A stretch of 64,000 bases of DNA from Candidatus Falkowbacteria bacterium (GCA_003518055.1 DOZJ01000005.1:1319-65318); one strand, 5' to 3'; shown: positions 19,401-28,579, counted from the first letter of the stretch. Notes: generated from the sequence alone by a model not told the origin. Translations and numbers: made by a program.

Positions 19401-22400
19401 GGGGACGTCACAGGATTATAATTAGCCGCATTGCAAACCGTTTGATTCTGAGCCATATTAGTCACCTTTGGTGATCCTCCATTCATCTGGAACCGATAAA
19501 CTTGCAATTGATATCCGGATGTATCGTCACCAATCCAAGTAACATATGAACCGCAACTGCTGTCGTTAGCCGGATCAGCGGTTTTGTAGCACATTCGAAT
19601 TGATTTGAAAAATTCTTCCGATTCGCCGCCTCGATCCAGTTCATCCAAATTCGTAAACCCCTCACACCCGGCATCATTGGCTGAACATGACTCAGCTGAA
19701 TCAGCAATAAAATACACCGGATATTCCGCCTCAGCCAGACTGCTCTCCGCCTGCGAAAAAACTTCGTAACCGGCGCATTGAGCCGGACAAACGTCATCAT
19801 AACTGGCCACTCCGGTCACCGCCGGGCCTCCGGCCGTTGGAATATATTCTTGACAACCGACCTCCTCAGCCGAACATTGCGTGGCAAACTTGCCGCAAGC
19901 CGCATTGTCATTTGTCGTATTTATATCAACCGTTTTTATCGGCGTGTACCATTTCGTAAATTGAGTCGCTATCGCCTCGCCGGAAACGCCACTCTCATCA
20001 AAAGAATTTTCAGCGTCATAACACGCGTAATGATCGGGCGCCACCTTGAGATAATCATATGCCACTCGGCCATAATCATAATAATACGGAGCGTCATTCG
20101 GCCCTTCTGATTCGGCAATTAAAATATTATCAACCACTGCTTGTCCGGTCGCTCTAATTTTTACCCCCAGATATCCGACACCGGGCGCCACTCGAACAAT
20201 GACCAGAGTCTCTTTTCGCGTGCCGCTGACATTCTGCTCCTGATAATAAATATAGGAGTCATTCAACATATCCAAACCCGACGTGGTAGCGGTTTTCGTC
20301 ACCTCCACCTCACCACCCACGGACTCGGCGGCAAAATCAAACTTTTTAAATGTCGGCACCACCGCCACATTATCTGTCGCTCTCGTGGTGATCGAATAGG
20401 TGAAATATCTAACATATTTTTTGGGCGCGATCATTATACTGCGGCTGAGCGCCAATTCACCCCCACTCATACGAGCTCCCGGACCGTCAATGCCATCACC
20501 AATCGCCACCTCATGAACCGCTTGACCATTATTCCAGCCGGCAAAAATATCAGCTGTGCCGTCATCCGGATTCCCTGTATAGTATGAAAAACCGCCATTT
20601 GCCACCAAATTGGCTCGATATGAATTATCCATGTGAATAACTCGAGTGCAGCCCTCATCTCCGGCCGCGCAGGTTTCCGACTCAATATTTTGGTTCAAAT
20701 AAACCATTGCTGATCCGGGCTTATAATAACTACTGGGATATTCTTTGCTAAAATCCCGATCCGCGCCGTCAGCCGATACCAGCCAGCTGCTATATCCCAA
20801 ACACCCGACATCATCAGCCGAGCAGGAAGCGTAATCCACCGTATTCAATAAATAATTAAACCGTTTGCCGTCATCTCTCGTCACCGTCGAACAAGAATCA
20901 TAATAACCGGGGCATTGCTCTCCCCCGAATTGCCAGACATTCTTTTCCGCCGCGCAATAAGCATAGTGATCGCAGGAGCCGTCCTCATTTTCATCCACAC
21001 AACTTTTGAGATCTGCGCAGTATTCCTCTCGATCCTCCGCGCCACTCGTGATCAAAAGCGGCCCGTAACCGATCGCATCGCATCTTGTCTTGGGATATTT
21101 GAGAACCCAATTCGGATCAACCAAACCGGTATAATCAAAGTCAGCACTCACACAAGACGGATCTGTGCTATTAAAACAATCCATGAGAAAATTCAAAGTT
21201 ACGCGATCATCACCATTAGGATTTCTCTCGCCGACAATTTTAGCCGCCAACTCCCAGCCAATCGGAATAATCCGCGCTTTGCGTAATTTTATCAAGTTGG
21301 AATAACAATAGGCGTTCTCATAACAATCCGGATTTAAATTCCGATTATCAATGTGACTGATAAATGGCAGATTACCCTTCAAAAACCCCTCGTCAACCGC
21401 CTCACGCACCGACATTGACCGGCCATAGCCGGCGCTCCTGACCGCGTCGGCAAAATCATCAGACATCACGCAATGATTAATTTGTCTCTGAATACTCGAA
21501 TCACAAATTGTAAACTCACTCAATAAATCCACTTCTTTTTCCGAAACTGAAAATCTGACTTCCTGTATTTTGGAAATCGCCCGTTCCGCTCCGGCCACAT
21601 AATCATAAACACCTTGAGCCGGATTGTATGAACTGGACCTTGAGACATACCCTTCGCTGATTCTTTTAAACAATGCCTCCACAAACCGTTGTGACACGAA
21701 TGAATTCAACAAAGTTGTACCAATCGCTTCTGGAATTGATTCAATCGTTGCCAGCGCCTGCGTAATTTCTTCCGACTGCGCCTTCTCGGCTCGTTTTACA
21801 TTTTCTTCCACCACCGTTTTTGTGGTCCCCGGTGGATTCTGAATCGTGTTGCCCAAGACATCAGTTTTCGGCTTAAGCGATCCTTCGCCTTCTCGCCGCT
21901 GTTCTTTTTGCGCCTCAACCTGCTCCTGATGCTCGGTTTCTAGCAAATCATAAGTCCAAATATATGTTCCAACCTGACTCTGCTGCGGTTCAAATCCCTT
22001 GACCACCTGATCAATCGTCAGAAACGATGCTACTTCCGGATTATCAACATATCGATCCTGCAGCTCATCGGCAAAACCTTCCCAATTATCTTTGACCTGA
22101 TTCCAAGAACAGCGCTGATTTTGCGCCCGGCGGTCAAACGGATCCCTCATTTCTCCGGCTTCAATCGACCGGATAATTCGCAATTTCAATTCAACATTTG
22201 GTTCGCAGATATCAAAATATTCCGACCACGGTCCGGACATACTGAGGTCAGCCAAAACATCGGTCAAAACCGCCTCCTCCACTTTATCAACATAAGCGGT
22301 CCAAGTATCAGTTTCCCACACCGGCGTTTGACCAAAGCTGCCGGTTTCCAAATATTCGATTGACCGCTGAGATAAATCCTGAGTTAGACTGATGGCTAAA

Positions 22401-22657
22401 TTCTTGAGCGACAAAGCCGCGCTTTTGACAAAAACTTTATAGATTCTTTCTTCCAGCGTATCCTCAATTTTATCCGTCGTCCGCGCCACCGCGTCTTTTG
22501 ACTGGCCGACAAACTCAGCTGTCGTGTTGCCCGGATCGCTCACCACTGCCTGAGCTGACACCAACCGAGTCCACCCCAAAAACAGACCTATCATCAGCAT
22601 GATAATTCCCAACCATTTAATCTTTTGATATTTGTCACGACTCTGAGTCTGATACAT
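13421..22657 (-). CDS. Giant (~3,080 aa) secreted cysteine-rich surface protein
   Basis: Uninterrupted ORF; signal peptide KWLGIIMLMIGLFLGWTRLVSAQA; many Cys-rich modules; CBM-like segments (NLVANGGFS, FSDSFDG). Confidence 0.9.
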   Translation of the reverse strand: MYQTQSRDKYQKIKWLGIIMLMIGLFLGWTRLVSAQAVVSDPGNTTAEFVGQSKDAVARTTDKIEDTLEERIYKVFVKSAALSLKNLAISLTQDLSQRSIEYLETGSFGQTPVWETDTWTAYVDKVEEAVLTDVLADLSMSGPWSEYFDICEPNVELKLRIIRSIEAGEMRDPFDRRAQNQRCSWNQVKDNWEGFADELQDRYVDNPEVASFLTIDQVVKGFEPQQSQVGTYIWTYDLLETEHQEQVEAQKEQRREGEGSLKPKTDVLGNTIQNPPGTTKTVVEENVKRAEKAQSEEITQALATIESIPEAIGTTLLNSFVSQRFVEALFKRISEGYVSRSSSYNPAQGVYDYVAGAERAISKIQEVRFSVSEKEVDLLSEFTICDSSIQRQINHCVMSDDFADAVRSAGYGRSMSVREAVDEGFLKGNLPFISHIDNRNLNPDCYENAYCYSNLIKLRKARIIPIGWELAAKIVGERNPNGDDRVTLNFLMDCFNSTDPSCVSADFDYTGLVDPNWVLKYPKTRCDAIGYGPLLITSGAEDREEYCADLKSCVDENEDGSCDHYAYCAAEKNVWQFGGEQCPGYYDSCSTVTRDDGKRFNYLLNTVDYASCSADDVGCLGYSSWLVSADGADRDFSKEYPSSYYKPGSAMVYLNQNIESETCAAGDEGCTRVIHMDNSYRANLVANGGFSYYTGNPDDGTADIFAGWNNGQAVHEVAIGDGIDGPGARMSGGELALSRSIMIAPKKYVRYFTYSITTRATDNVAVVPTFKKFDFAAESVGGEVEVTKTATTSGLDMLNDSYIYYQEQNVSGTRKETLVIVRVAPGVGYLGVKIRATGQAVVDNILIAESEGPNDAPYYYDYGRVAYDYLKVAPDHYACYDAENSFDESGVSGEAIATQFTKWYTPIKTVDINTTNDNAACGKFATQCSAEEVGCQEYIPTAGGPAVTGVASYDDVCPAQCAGYEVFSQAESSLAEAEYPVYFIADSAESCSANDAGCEGFTNLDELDRGGESEEFFKSIRMCYKTADPANDSSCGSYVTWIGDDTSGYQLQVYRFQMNGGSPKVTNMAQNQTVCNAANYNPVTSPECREFISEGGSVFYEIMDNLVLCSDNCFPYRKTIKYEGATAATQCTDRGGAVVAGECVFMVEPDLSRKCSDDASGCREFRGDNANDQEVIFSDSFDGETYNWTANGAVTFSTASMINGGKSLQVNQGANNGVTLDLPNSLAADEEFIIDFWAKADQATASVELIFGQEGFTHSTSNVNINQAAAGGVEFYHYTSDLMRLENVVQSLFIRTSGATVYFDSINIKRLNDVKYLIKNSWSTPAVCDQTMAGQYLPQAQIGCREYATGTETLEYLKGFRSLCRFEAVGCEAVIDTQNSTTPFELAFNATEIDVCAEAVGAEILDPDDQCQQNLAPALCPLGVCAASSGITQTEYDSCADDLAIRFYDLSGNLTSSTNFQDFLNTFDKTNLTFLGRVRLVALANTFGIDLGTWSGLDNLDLPFHYVDDTMLKQCQYDVATKGYCQALGHVYQEGKCYKNGDQYTIPADNVMFVVFDEKKTCQENTLGCMMLGRPKLDQNYNVASVNGDPEWDTAYYVIDPNQLDKFLCRGGDSRCQSYEDEGGQTYYFKDPGDRTCEYKVVGNPDGSKIEGWYKTGTDQPCGVTIEREGMFFGGIRATKDYYNDGVKHLIHSNDPDYSIPYRDADGIIKQVTGWVGECKPKASGCTAFIDPMDVSGGSAVGEAYYYINDEKLSGCSGVSEKEGCLLFLDTSIKDESGNISVSSSAGMTYKASNDDGGKLKNPQAGLPNVQALLDLFYDDATVCHGLVNPECQAYLNQECFVSSKSFNEQFMCALAAWATEKTIANGYPLTAEHEAARANGCADEEFVACYTLKKSPLFNNTNRIIKVDRDRECAEWYDCKSGQYTFDPVQNREVFVCQDLGLCDQVGEGETAGECSNFVSGTSESLLANNNIMRSGYQSRDKGWNAFDYSGYSVADKYPIQYYDSFDVARESDDKDYRLVHKYRPEAGGVPFDCVVDTDCGDDGDLCAGGECVEPLVNNFEDDDWVSPTADCRAYPQVNSPFPSLTKTADAAKGVFENATACTSFYYDKNGVKQTLYNDDEDCACNYKKVTYGNRAVEKYFDISVSSYLDGFCQDDQSKECECSAAGPDGVNIKTATFCSSLDCVVDGSQDMGMCMRKDVDQTQYKGWQGYCMEFDNTVSINGSQSEKACLTWYPLDTMNGLQDMYNQFKDAGYELFTQGGEDVGRLYCINAAGLGNLGVAEPDANTVTYMVTSDEMTFTTGYSGYDEYMEYFREPAADIPVIHESQVAGIAIECTGGQAGDWCESVADWNGESDPGDGFENKNKFVPPALYDTISSFVPESLIIPRQLSSQWQGLATCNGTKCLASGQPLDADYGVSGWTYWQAVWEQTPSTSFNWGPGTEVEKGVSEKNYMFAGKGYFPYAGGTYNILTGTQLTTSQTTGSMSYHPTHGFYVAPANLNPGGFTEKECVTTDDGDHVCQGQGGGVCVPVGNKYYCSNRSCTEDNEQTVCNFNSGWGCQVDGEDADLNGWCVSGAGNAPVGRTLGGYCNQGTDDNYFGIRVVFDENGIYKGVWVGLCDESSNYGYQTLRVHFLLNEYCAEVVSVAENVAGNLDNKARTNRLYHYSLNPDWTGEKLNLLTAPHGAFSIVFNSVNSPMGSAFGSAEDVESHAPILVAAGESNRQGGSPFSDMGGEVNGGTIWGCPNGQCSHVQDGFYGYSTTSATSPITYSKLEDIFAAVYSGWRVDDNYIYDKESRYERDRSADLVSFPPVVAGVVLPAPEKIESDPVTGKPIYLAVPKTVSINGRASDDLVLFGGESTTLMQFFAWADDDQMPIRKVTVDWRDGEGALPAPEGHYKNHKPLCQLKESPIALGLCQTLAGEKIEGYACLSANDCYGNLTCNAIPDPNSVQLRFGDSPTACVEQEFFKYETVLTCEGPTDPNLKGGGNATANLCAGERDSDCWNAAEQACQFVPRVQVKDNWGWCNADPSSTVDGCRGFGNGFAGCYDVGERGFDACSTNSVSGIDPWTYFDGRILLKP

Positions 22658-22683
22658 ATTTTGTAGATAGTTTATTTCTGTTT

Positions 22684-23496
22684 TTATGGTGTTTTTTCCA
22701 CGTCTGTCCAAGCGTCTTCAAACATTTGGCGCAATTCTTCGTCACTTACTTTACTAAGAGTTTCCTCGTCCACTCCATTTTGTCTTAAAATTTGTTTTAA
22801 TTCATCAATCGTATAGCTGGCCGGTGACTCTTTTTCCGGCCCGGTCGTTGTCGGCGCCTGATCCTCCGCCGCCATCTGCTTATACATGGTTACCAACTCA
22901 TCATCGTTAACCGCCGCCAAATCATCAGCCGTAAACAAACCTGAAGCGAGCAAAATACTCCGAATCTCCGCTGCCGTTGGCACTCCGCCAACCGCCGTTG
23001 ATTCGGTTTCCGTTTCATTTTCCGCCGCCGGTTTCTCAATCGCGCACTCCTTGCCTTCCGGACAGTTTGGATCCGTGCCCATGTCAATCTCAGCCTTATC
23101 GGTCAGCGTATCGCTGTCGCTATCAGCCAGATAAGGACTGGTTTTCCATTTATTTAATTCATCATAATCATTCAACCCATCCTGATCAGTGTCTTTTTGT
23201 TTATCTTCAGCTACTCGCTGCTCCTCGGATTTAAACAATTCCTCAACCGACTGTTTATTCTCATCCGAATTATCTTGGTTTGAAATTGGGACCAAGAAAA
23301 ACGATTTGGCGTTAGCCCCCATCACAATCACAATCATAATAAAAAGCAAAACCAAAAGCCCGGCCAGCCCCTTTTGTCTTTTTGACAAATCAGCAAAGCC
23401 TTTCGGCGCGGTCGGCGAATGATGATTACCCAAAAATTCCTCTTGATTATCATCAAAAGAGGACCCGTCAACTGCTTGTGGACGATCTTCCATCAT
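22684..23496 (-). CDS. Membrane-anchored protein with Ca-binding DxDxDG (TSP3-like) repeats
   Basis: One TM helix; DTDQDGLNDYDE...DSDSDTLTDKAEIDMGTDPNCP. Confidence 0.85.
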   Translation of the reverse strand: MMEDRPQAVDGSSFDDNQEEFLGNHHSPTAPKGFADLSKRQKGLAGLLVLLFIMIVIVMGANAKSFFLVPISNQDNSDENKQSVEELFKSEEQRVAEDKQKDTDQDGLNDYDELNKWKTSPYLADSDSDTLTDKAEIDMGTDPNCPEGKECAIEKPAAENETETESTAVGGVPTAAEIRSILLASGLFTADDLAAVNDDELVTMYKQMAAEDQAPTTTGPEKESPASYTIDELKQILRQNGVDEETLSKVSDEELRQMFEDAWTDVEKTP

Positions 23497-23632
23497 GGAG
23501 GTAAATTAGTTCAGATTTATTATACCACAAATTACGCTCCGGCCGAAGATAATTATTCACATATTCTAAATAAAAAAACCGGCCGATTTTAAGCCGTATA
23601 TTAATACCAAAATTCATCAAAAATCACCTCTT

Positions 23633-23782
23633 TCTTTTGCTGCGAGGCGTATGCAATAACGCTGCGGCAGCCTCCACCCGGTTTCAAGATTTAGCTCAAC
23701 GCCGTGGCAGCCCCCACCCGGTTTCTAAACTTAACTAAACGCAGTAACGCCCTGCCTACCGGCAGGCAGGCGCGGCAGCCCC
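23633..23782. repeat. Dispersed intergenic repeat, copy 1, with nested CCTGCCTACCGGCAGGCAGG palindrome
   Basis: Near-identical to 39191-39318: TTTGCTGCGAGG.GTATGCAATAACG..GCGGCAGCCTCCA.CCGGTTTCAAGATTTAGCTCAACGC. Confidence 0.85.
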
Positions 23783-23827
23783 ATCAGCTGTCAAACGAAG
23801 CAACCTCCAGATGAAAAAAAACAGTAA

Positions 23828-25921
23828 TTAAAGCGTTGTTTGTCCACCTTTATCAAAATTACCCGAGCCCAAAACAACTGTTTGTACTTTCTCTATTTTA
23901 CCTATACTGCCATCAATTTGCACAAAATCACCTAATTTCAAAACGCTTTTCGATAATGAATATCCAACTATAACTGGAATATTTTTTTCACGAGCCACGA
24001 TTGCCAAATGCGATAATAAACCTCCATTTTCTGACACAATCCCAGAAATTTTATCAAAATATTTTGTTAAAGCAGGTGATAATATTTCGGTATACAAAAT
24101 AATCTTTTTATTCTCTGTTTTTCCTGAATCGAGATATGAACGATTTTGTAAAACACCCGTTGCCACACCCGCAGAAACACCAGAGATATCCACCCTCTTT
24201 TGAATAAATGATGAAGTAATTGAGTTTGGCAGACAATATTCATTGTGTTGGGTATAAATATTTTTTCTTTTTTTGCAAACTATTTCATCGATCAGACTGC
24301 CAAGAATTTCATCGATATTTGCAAAATAAATATTCTGTACATCGTTAAACTCTTGAGCTTTTGCATAATTTAATAATAAAGTCCTTATCGCGGTTATGTT
24401 CTTGATAGTTAACCATCGGCCCAATTCTCTTAACCGATTATAAATTATAGCTTCCTTAATTTTGTCTTGGAGTATCTTCTTTTTGAAAGCGGACATCTTT
24501 CCCCACCATTGCGATACCTTGTCGCTTGTTTGGCTTACTATTTTTTCAGTCGCTGAGAAGTTTGACTCATCGGAAATCTCCAAAGAATTACCTTTTAAAT
24601 TCTGCATTAACACTACTGGATAATGACCCCAGTCAACAAACAGACTACTTTCATTAAAAATGTCCGGTAACTTTATCGGTTCTTTTTTAAGGAGGTAATT
24701 TAGTTTTTTTATCGCCAAACCGGATAAAAGGTTTGTTTCAAAAATCAATTTATAATCCGTTAAAAAATTTCTCAACGCTACTTGAAAATCATATTCTTGA
24801 TTGGACGTCTCAATTTTTATTTTTAAATTAAAAAATATTTGCTCATAGCCATTGGTTTGAATTTTATTCAGAAAAAAAAGATTTTTTATCGTTGGGATAA
24901 TTTTTGAATAGCTGCTGAATTTTGGAAAAAACGTTCTATTTTGTAAATAGCTAAAAGCTGGAAGCAAACTTTGAATTTCCCGTTCTTTATCCACAAAAAG
25001 CTCATTTCCTATAATGTGTAAAAATTCCGTATCCTTAAAATTAACGCCGTACTTACTATAAACTTCATTTACCGGTCCATCATGGGAATAAACACGTTTC
25101 AAAAGACAACGGGTGAACTCTGTCGGTCTTGGTGCGATTTCTGAAACTTCTGTTTTTTCAAAAAAATACTTTTCACTGTCCGACAATTGTTTTTCTAAAA
25201 AATTTACTTGCTCATATTGCTGACTGGTGATAGTGGTAATGGGCCTTGTTTGTAACAGATAAAATTGATTATCTTTGATACACCATTCAATATCTTGCGG
25301 AAATTTAGTTTTATTTTCAATATCCTTAAATTTTTCAACTATTTGGTTCATTAAAAATTGTTTGGGTAATTTGACGTCTTTTTCATTCCTGTAAAAATTA
25401 ATTTTTTCTGGTTTTATTTCTCCGCTTACTATTTTTTCTCCTTCGCAAAACCCGTATTCAATCATCATTTCTCTGCTGCCATTTGGATTTCTCGTAAAAG
25501 TAACACCGGAAATATCAGGGACGATATATTCCTGAACAATTATTGAGAATTTATCAAGTTCACCGTGCAGATAATCATTCGCCTGCTTTAAGACCTCGTC
25601 TATTCCTCCAATCAATTCGTCACTGGATAGATTAAGCTTGGTTTTAAATTGTCCTGCAAATGATTTGTTTTTGCTATCTTCAATCAAAGCGCTTGATCTC
25701 ACTGTATATTTTTTACATTGTAAAATACTGATCGCTTCTTTAGCTATTTCTTTTTTCAGAATATCGCTTGAGCTTAATTCACTAAAAACATACGAAGGTA
25801 TTCCGACAAATTTTGGGACATTAAAACCCCAATCTACGAGCTTCTTTAGATTGAGCGTTTTATTGCCTAAGAATTGTTTATTTTGATCAATTTCTTGCAG
25901 TTGAATAATATTATTTGTCAT
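23828..25921 (-). CDS. PEP/pyruvate-binding (ATP-grasp) plus PEP-utilising His-domain protein, rifampin-phosphotransferase-like architecture
   Basis: VRSSALIEDS..SFAGQF, QDIEW, LQTRPIT, C-terminal GGLLSHLAIVAREKNIP. Confidence 0.9.
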   Translation of the reverse strand: MTNNIIQLQEIDQNKQFLGNKTLNLKKLVDWGFNVPKFVGIPSYVFSELSSSDILKKEIAKEAISILQCKKYTVRSSALIEDSKNKSFAGQFKTKLNLSSDELIGGIDEVLKQANDYLHGELDKFSIIVQEYIVPDISGVTFTRNPNGSREMMIEYGFCEGEKIVSGEIKPEKINFYRNEKDVKLPKQFLMNQIVEKFKDIENKTKFPQDIEWCIKDNQFYLLQTRPITTITSQQYEQVNFLEKQLSDSEKYFFEKTEVSEIAPRPTEFTRCLLKRVYSHDGPVNEVYSKYGVNFKDTEFLHIIGNELFVDKEREIQSLLPAFSYLQNRTFFPKFSSYSKIIPTIKNLFFLNKIQTNGYEQIFFNLKIKIETSNQEYDFQVALRNFLTDYKLIFETNLLSGLAIKKLNYLLKKEPIKLPDIFNESSLFVDWGHYPVVLMQNLKGNSLEISDESNFSATEKIVSQTSDKVSQWWGKMSAFKKKILQDKIKEAIIYNRLRELGRWLTIKNITAIRTLLLNYAKAQEFNDVQNIYFANIDEILGSLIDEIVCKKRKNIYTQHNEYCLPNSITSSFIQKRVDISGVSAGVATGVLQNRSYLDSGKTENKKIILYTEILSPALTKYFDKISGIVSENGGLLSHLAIVAREKNIPVIVGYSLSKSVLKLGDFVQIDGSIGKIEKVQTVVLGSGNFDKGGQTTL

Positions 25922-27551
25922 ACTCCCAAGGTGTGTTATATCTGCCTAAAAATTGGTGCCCTCTCCGCTCCAATTCGACTCCCGTAATTTTAGCATCAAA
26001 ACAATTGACGTATCCGTCGCAAACTGTAATGACTTTACTATTTGCTGGAACTTGGCTAAATGTTTTTTCAAGATTGATAGTTGGAGTATACATTATCGGG
26101 ATATTCACACTTCCAGCAATATGCGATCTATATGGCTCTCTCGTATCAACAAGGACCACACCTTCTGCTACTTTCTTTTTAAGCTCATCCGTACTAAATA
26201 GAATTTGATATTTTGAATCTGTATATTTTTCCCCGAATTTGATTTCTCCAACCCATTTGCCGCCAAATTCAACCCAGCCGTTAGCGCCACCTTCCAAATA
26301 AGACGACACAATTTTTTTGGTTCTCAAAAATTCGGCCACTTCTTCACCTCGTATCCCGGACCAACAAATTACATAAACAAACTTATCTTTTGGTAATTCA
26401 ATCCAACGGCCTGCTTTTATGTCGGCAAACCGCATATGTAAACTTCCGGGGAAATAACCATTTTCGTATTCAATATCTTCTCTGGCGTCTAAAACAATAT
26501 AATCGTTTTGCTGGTTGTCTGTGATATTTTTAAAATCCTGATTTGTAACAAGCATGCTTGCACTTTCATTTTTGGCAAAAAAATCATATTCTTGGGCAAT
26601 TTTACTTTCATCAACGGAAACATTTTGATTATCAATTAACCCTTGAGCCAAAATTTTAACTTCCGATTTTTCCACTCTTACCGGTATCTCGCTTTGTAAC
26701 GCTAAAGTCATCAAAACACCATATCTCGTGAATGTTCCGTCCTCATATAAAGTTAATTCGATTGATGATTTTTTTTCATCAATCCGAACCAATTTATCCA
26801 ACGTTATTTTAGAGGTTTTTAAATACCAACCTTTGAAAGTGTCAAAGCCAACAGTTTTTTTAGACCTTTCATAGGCTTGTTCTAAATTTCCATTGGCAAT
26901 ATTTCCGTAGTATTCGCTTATAAACTTAGCCGAACTATCATTTAAATTTATATTGGAGATAAATTTTTTAGCAGAGGTGTCAATATTTTTGTTATTCTCA
27001 GCACCAATATGTAATTGGTCATTTTCATCATCATTAACCCCGCTGCCGCCAAGTTTTCCTGGACCATTTGGGTTATATCCATTTTTTACTTCCTCTCCGT
27101 CCAAATATCCATCACCATCCGTATCCGGATTATTTAGATCAGTGCCAAAGTTTTTTTCTTCTAAATCAGTTAATCCATCATTATCTGAATCATAATTGAT
27201 ATTTTGACTTGCGGCGTATAGTTGACTTTCTTCAAGCCATTTTTGATATTCGATTTTTTGCTTGTAGATTGCGTAAAAATAAGACGAAACAATAGATATT
27301 ACTATAATAGCGAGAATAGTCAGACTTAAAATTGTTTTTTTATATTTAAAAGCATAATATCTTGTCTTAAAAAATTGGAACAACGTTCCAAAAATGGCAG
27401 TAAAAAATATTGCAACCATTGAAAAAAATTGAGCTACTTGAGTTCCAATATTGAAAATAAAATCAGGTGGAATTACGGCCTGGGCGGGTTGAGGGTAAAA
27501 ATAATACCCAAGAAGTAAAAACGCTGATACTTTTAAAATTTTTTTATTCAT
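25911..27551 (-). CDS. Membrane protein with TSP3-like repeat and two rhodanese domains
   Basis: Signal peptide and TM helices; DSDNDGLTD...; VLDARE..EY..G..PGS...ICWSGIRG; second VDTREP..HIAGS...VCDG. Confidence 0.85.
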   Translation of the reverse strand: MNKKILKVSAFLLLGYYFYPQPAQAVIPPDFIFNIGTQVAQFFSMVAIFFTAIFGTLFQFFKTRYYAFKYKKTILSLTILAIIVISIVSSYFYAIYKQKIEYQKWLEESQLYAASQNINYDSDNDGLTDLEEKNFGTDLNNPDTDGDGYLDGEEVKNGYNPNGPGKLGGSGVNDDENDQLHIGAENNKNIDTSAKKFISNINLNDSSAKFISEYYGNIANGNLEQAYERSKKTVGFDTFKGWYLKTSKITLDKLVRIDEKKSSIELTLYEDGTFTRYGVLMTLALQSEIPVRVEKSEVKILAQGLIDNQNVSVDESKIAQEYDFFAKNESASMLVTNQDFKNITDNQQNDYIVLDAREDIEYENGYFPGSLHMRFADIKAGRWIELPKDKFVYVICWSGIRGEEVAEFLRTKKIVSSYLEGGANGWVEFGGKWVGEIKFGEKYTDSKYQILFSTDELKKKVAEGVVLVDTREPYRSHIAGSVNIPIMYTPTINLEKTFSQVPANSKVITVCDGYVNCFDAKITGVELERRGHQFLGRYNTPWEYDK

Positions 27552-27739
27552 GCTGTGATTATTGTAGTTTGTTTTTTTTATTTCCAAGCGTCGCCATTTG
27601 GTGATATCAACACCACGCAAAAAACACCTCATTAAATGGAAAACCAATCTGAAAATTTATTTAAACTGCTTGAACGCCTGTCCAACATTAAGGCCGCACC
27701 TCAGGTATGGGATACAAACCACCACGACCAAACCAACGG

Positions 27740-28579
27740 TTAAATCATTTCTTTCATGCCCTGACTGATGACACCCGCCAGCCGCGCCCAATCCTCGACC
27801 GCCAATTCCTGCGCTCTCACAGTCGACTTCAACCCGGCCGCCAGTAAAAATTGTTCAACTTCATTTGCAGACAGTCGAAAACCCGCGGCTAAATTATTTT
27901 TCAGTTGTTTTCTTTTGGCGGAAAAACCGATCCGAACAGTTTGGAAAAATATTTTCTCATCAATCTCAAATCGCGGCCCGGTCACGTCAAAAACCAAAAT
28001 CGCGCTATCCACCCTCGGCACCGGATAAAAACTTTTCGCCGGCACCAAACCCACAATTTTCGGCTCAGCAAAAAACTGCGCCGACACACCGAGCAGACTC
28101 ATTTTTCCCGCCCGAGCAGTCACGCGCTCCGCCACTTCTTTTTGCACCAGCAGCACCATTTTACGCGGTCGAAATTCCGTTTCCAAAAACTGCCGCAAAA
28201 AATGAGCGGTAATATTATAGGGGATATTGGCCACGATTTTATATTCTTTGGTCTCAAAATTATCAACAATCCGTGACGGCGCCACTTTCAAAATACTATC
28301 GTTGATCAGAATTAAATTCTCCGTCTGTCTAAATTCTTTTTTCAAAACATACATCATTTGCCGGTCAAGCTCCACCGCCACGACCAGCTTTGCCTTTGCC
28401 ACCAGTTGCTCGGTCAAAACTCCAAGTCCGGGGCCGACTTCAAGCACCTCATCTTGATCAGTCAAATCCGCCGCCTCGACAATCTGGCGCAGCGCTGTCC
28501 GATCAACCAAAAAATTCTGCCCGGCATCGTGATTGGGTTTAACATTATATTTTGTTATAAGTTTTCGCGGATCAAGCAT
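27740..28579 (-). CDS. rsmA: 16S rRNA (adenine1518/1519-N6)-dimethyltransferase
   Basis: GQNFL, VLEVGPGLG, VANIPYNIT, PVPRVDSA, RAQEL. Confidence 0.97.
   Translation of the reverse strand: MLDPRKLITKYNVKPNHDAGQNFLVDRTALRQIVEAADLTDQDEVLEVGPGLGVLTEQLVAKAKLVVAVELDRQMMYVLKKEFRQTENLILINDSILKVAPSRIVDNFETKEYKIVANIPYNITAHFLRQFLETEFRPRKMVLLVQKEVAERVTARAGKMSLLGVSAQFFAEPKIVGLVPAKSFYPVPRVDSAILVFDVTGPRFEIDEKIFFQTVRIGFSAKRKQLKNNLAAGFRLSANEVEQFLLAAGLKSTVRAQELAVEDWARLAGVISQGMKEMI

Noticed and set aside
13429-22363. Many short ORFs overlapping the giant gene (and likewise within 46875-57053)
   Set aside because: Antisense or alternate-frame shadows with no motifs or expression signals.
23633-23782. Possible mini CRISPR array
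   Set aside because: Units are degenerate, the intervening sequences are similar rather than unique spacers, and no cas genes are present.
27590-27740. Integron attC or attachment site at the edge of the AT-rich island
   Set aside because: No convincing paired R/L boxes, direct repeat or integrase seen.
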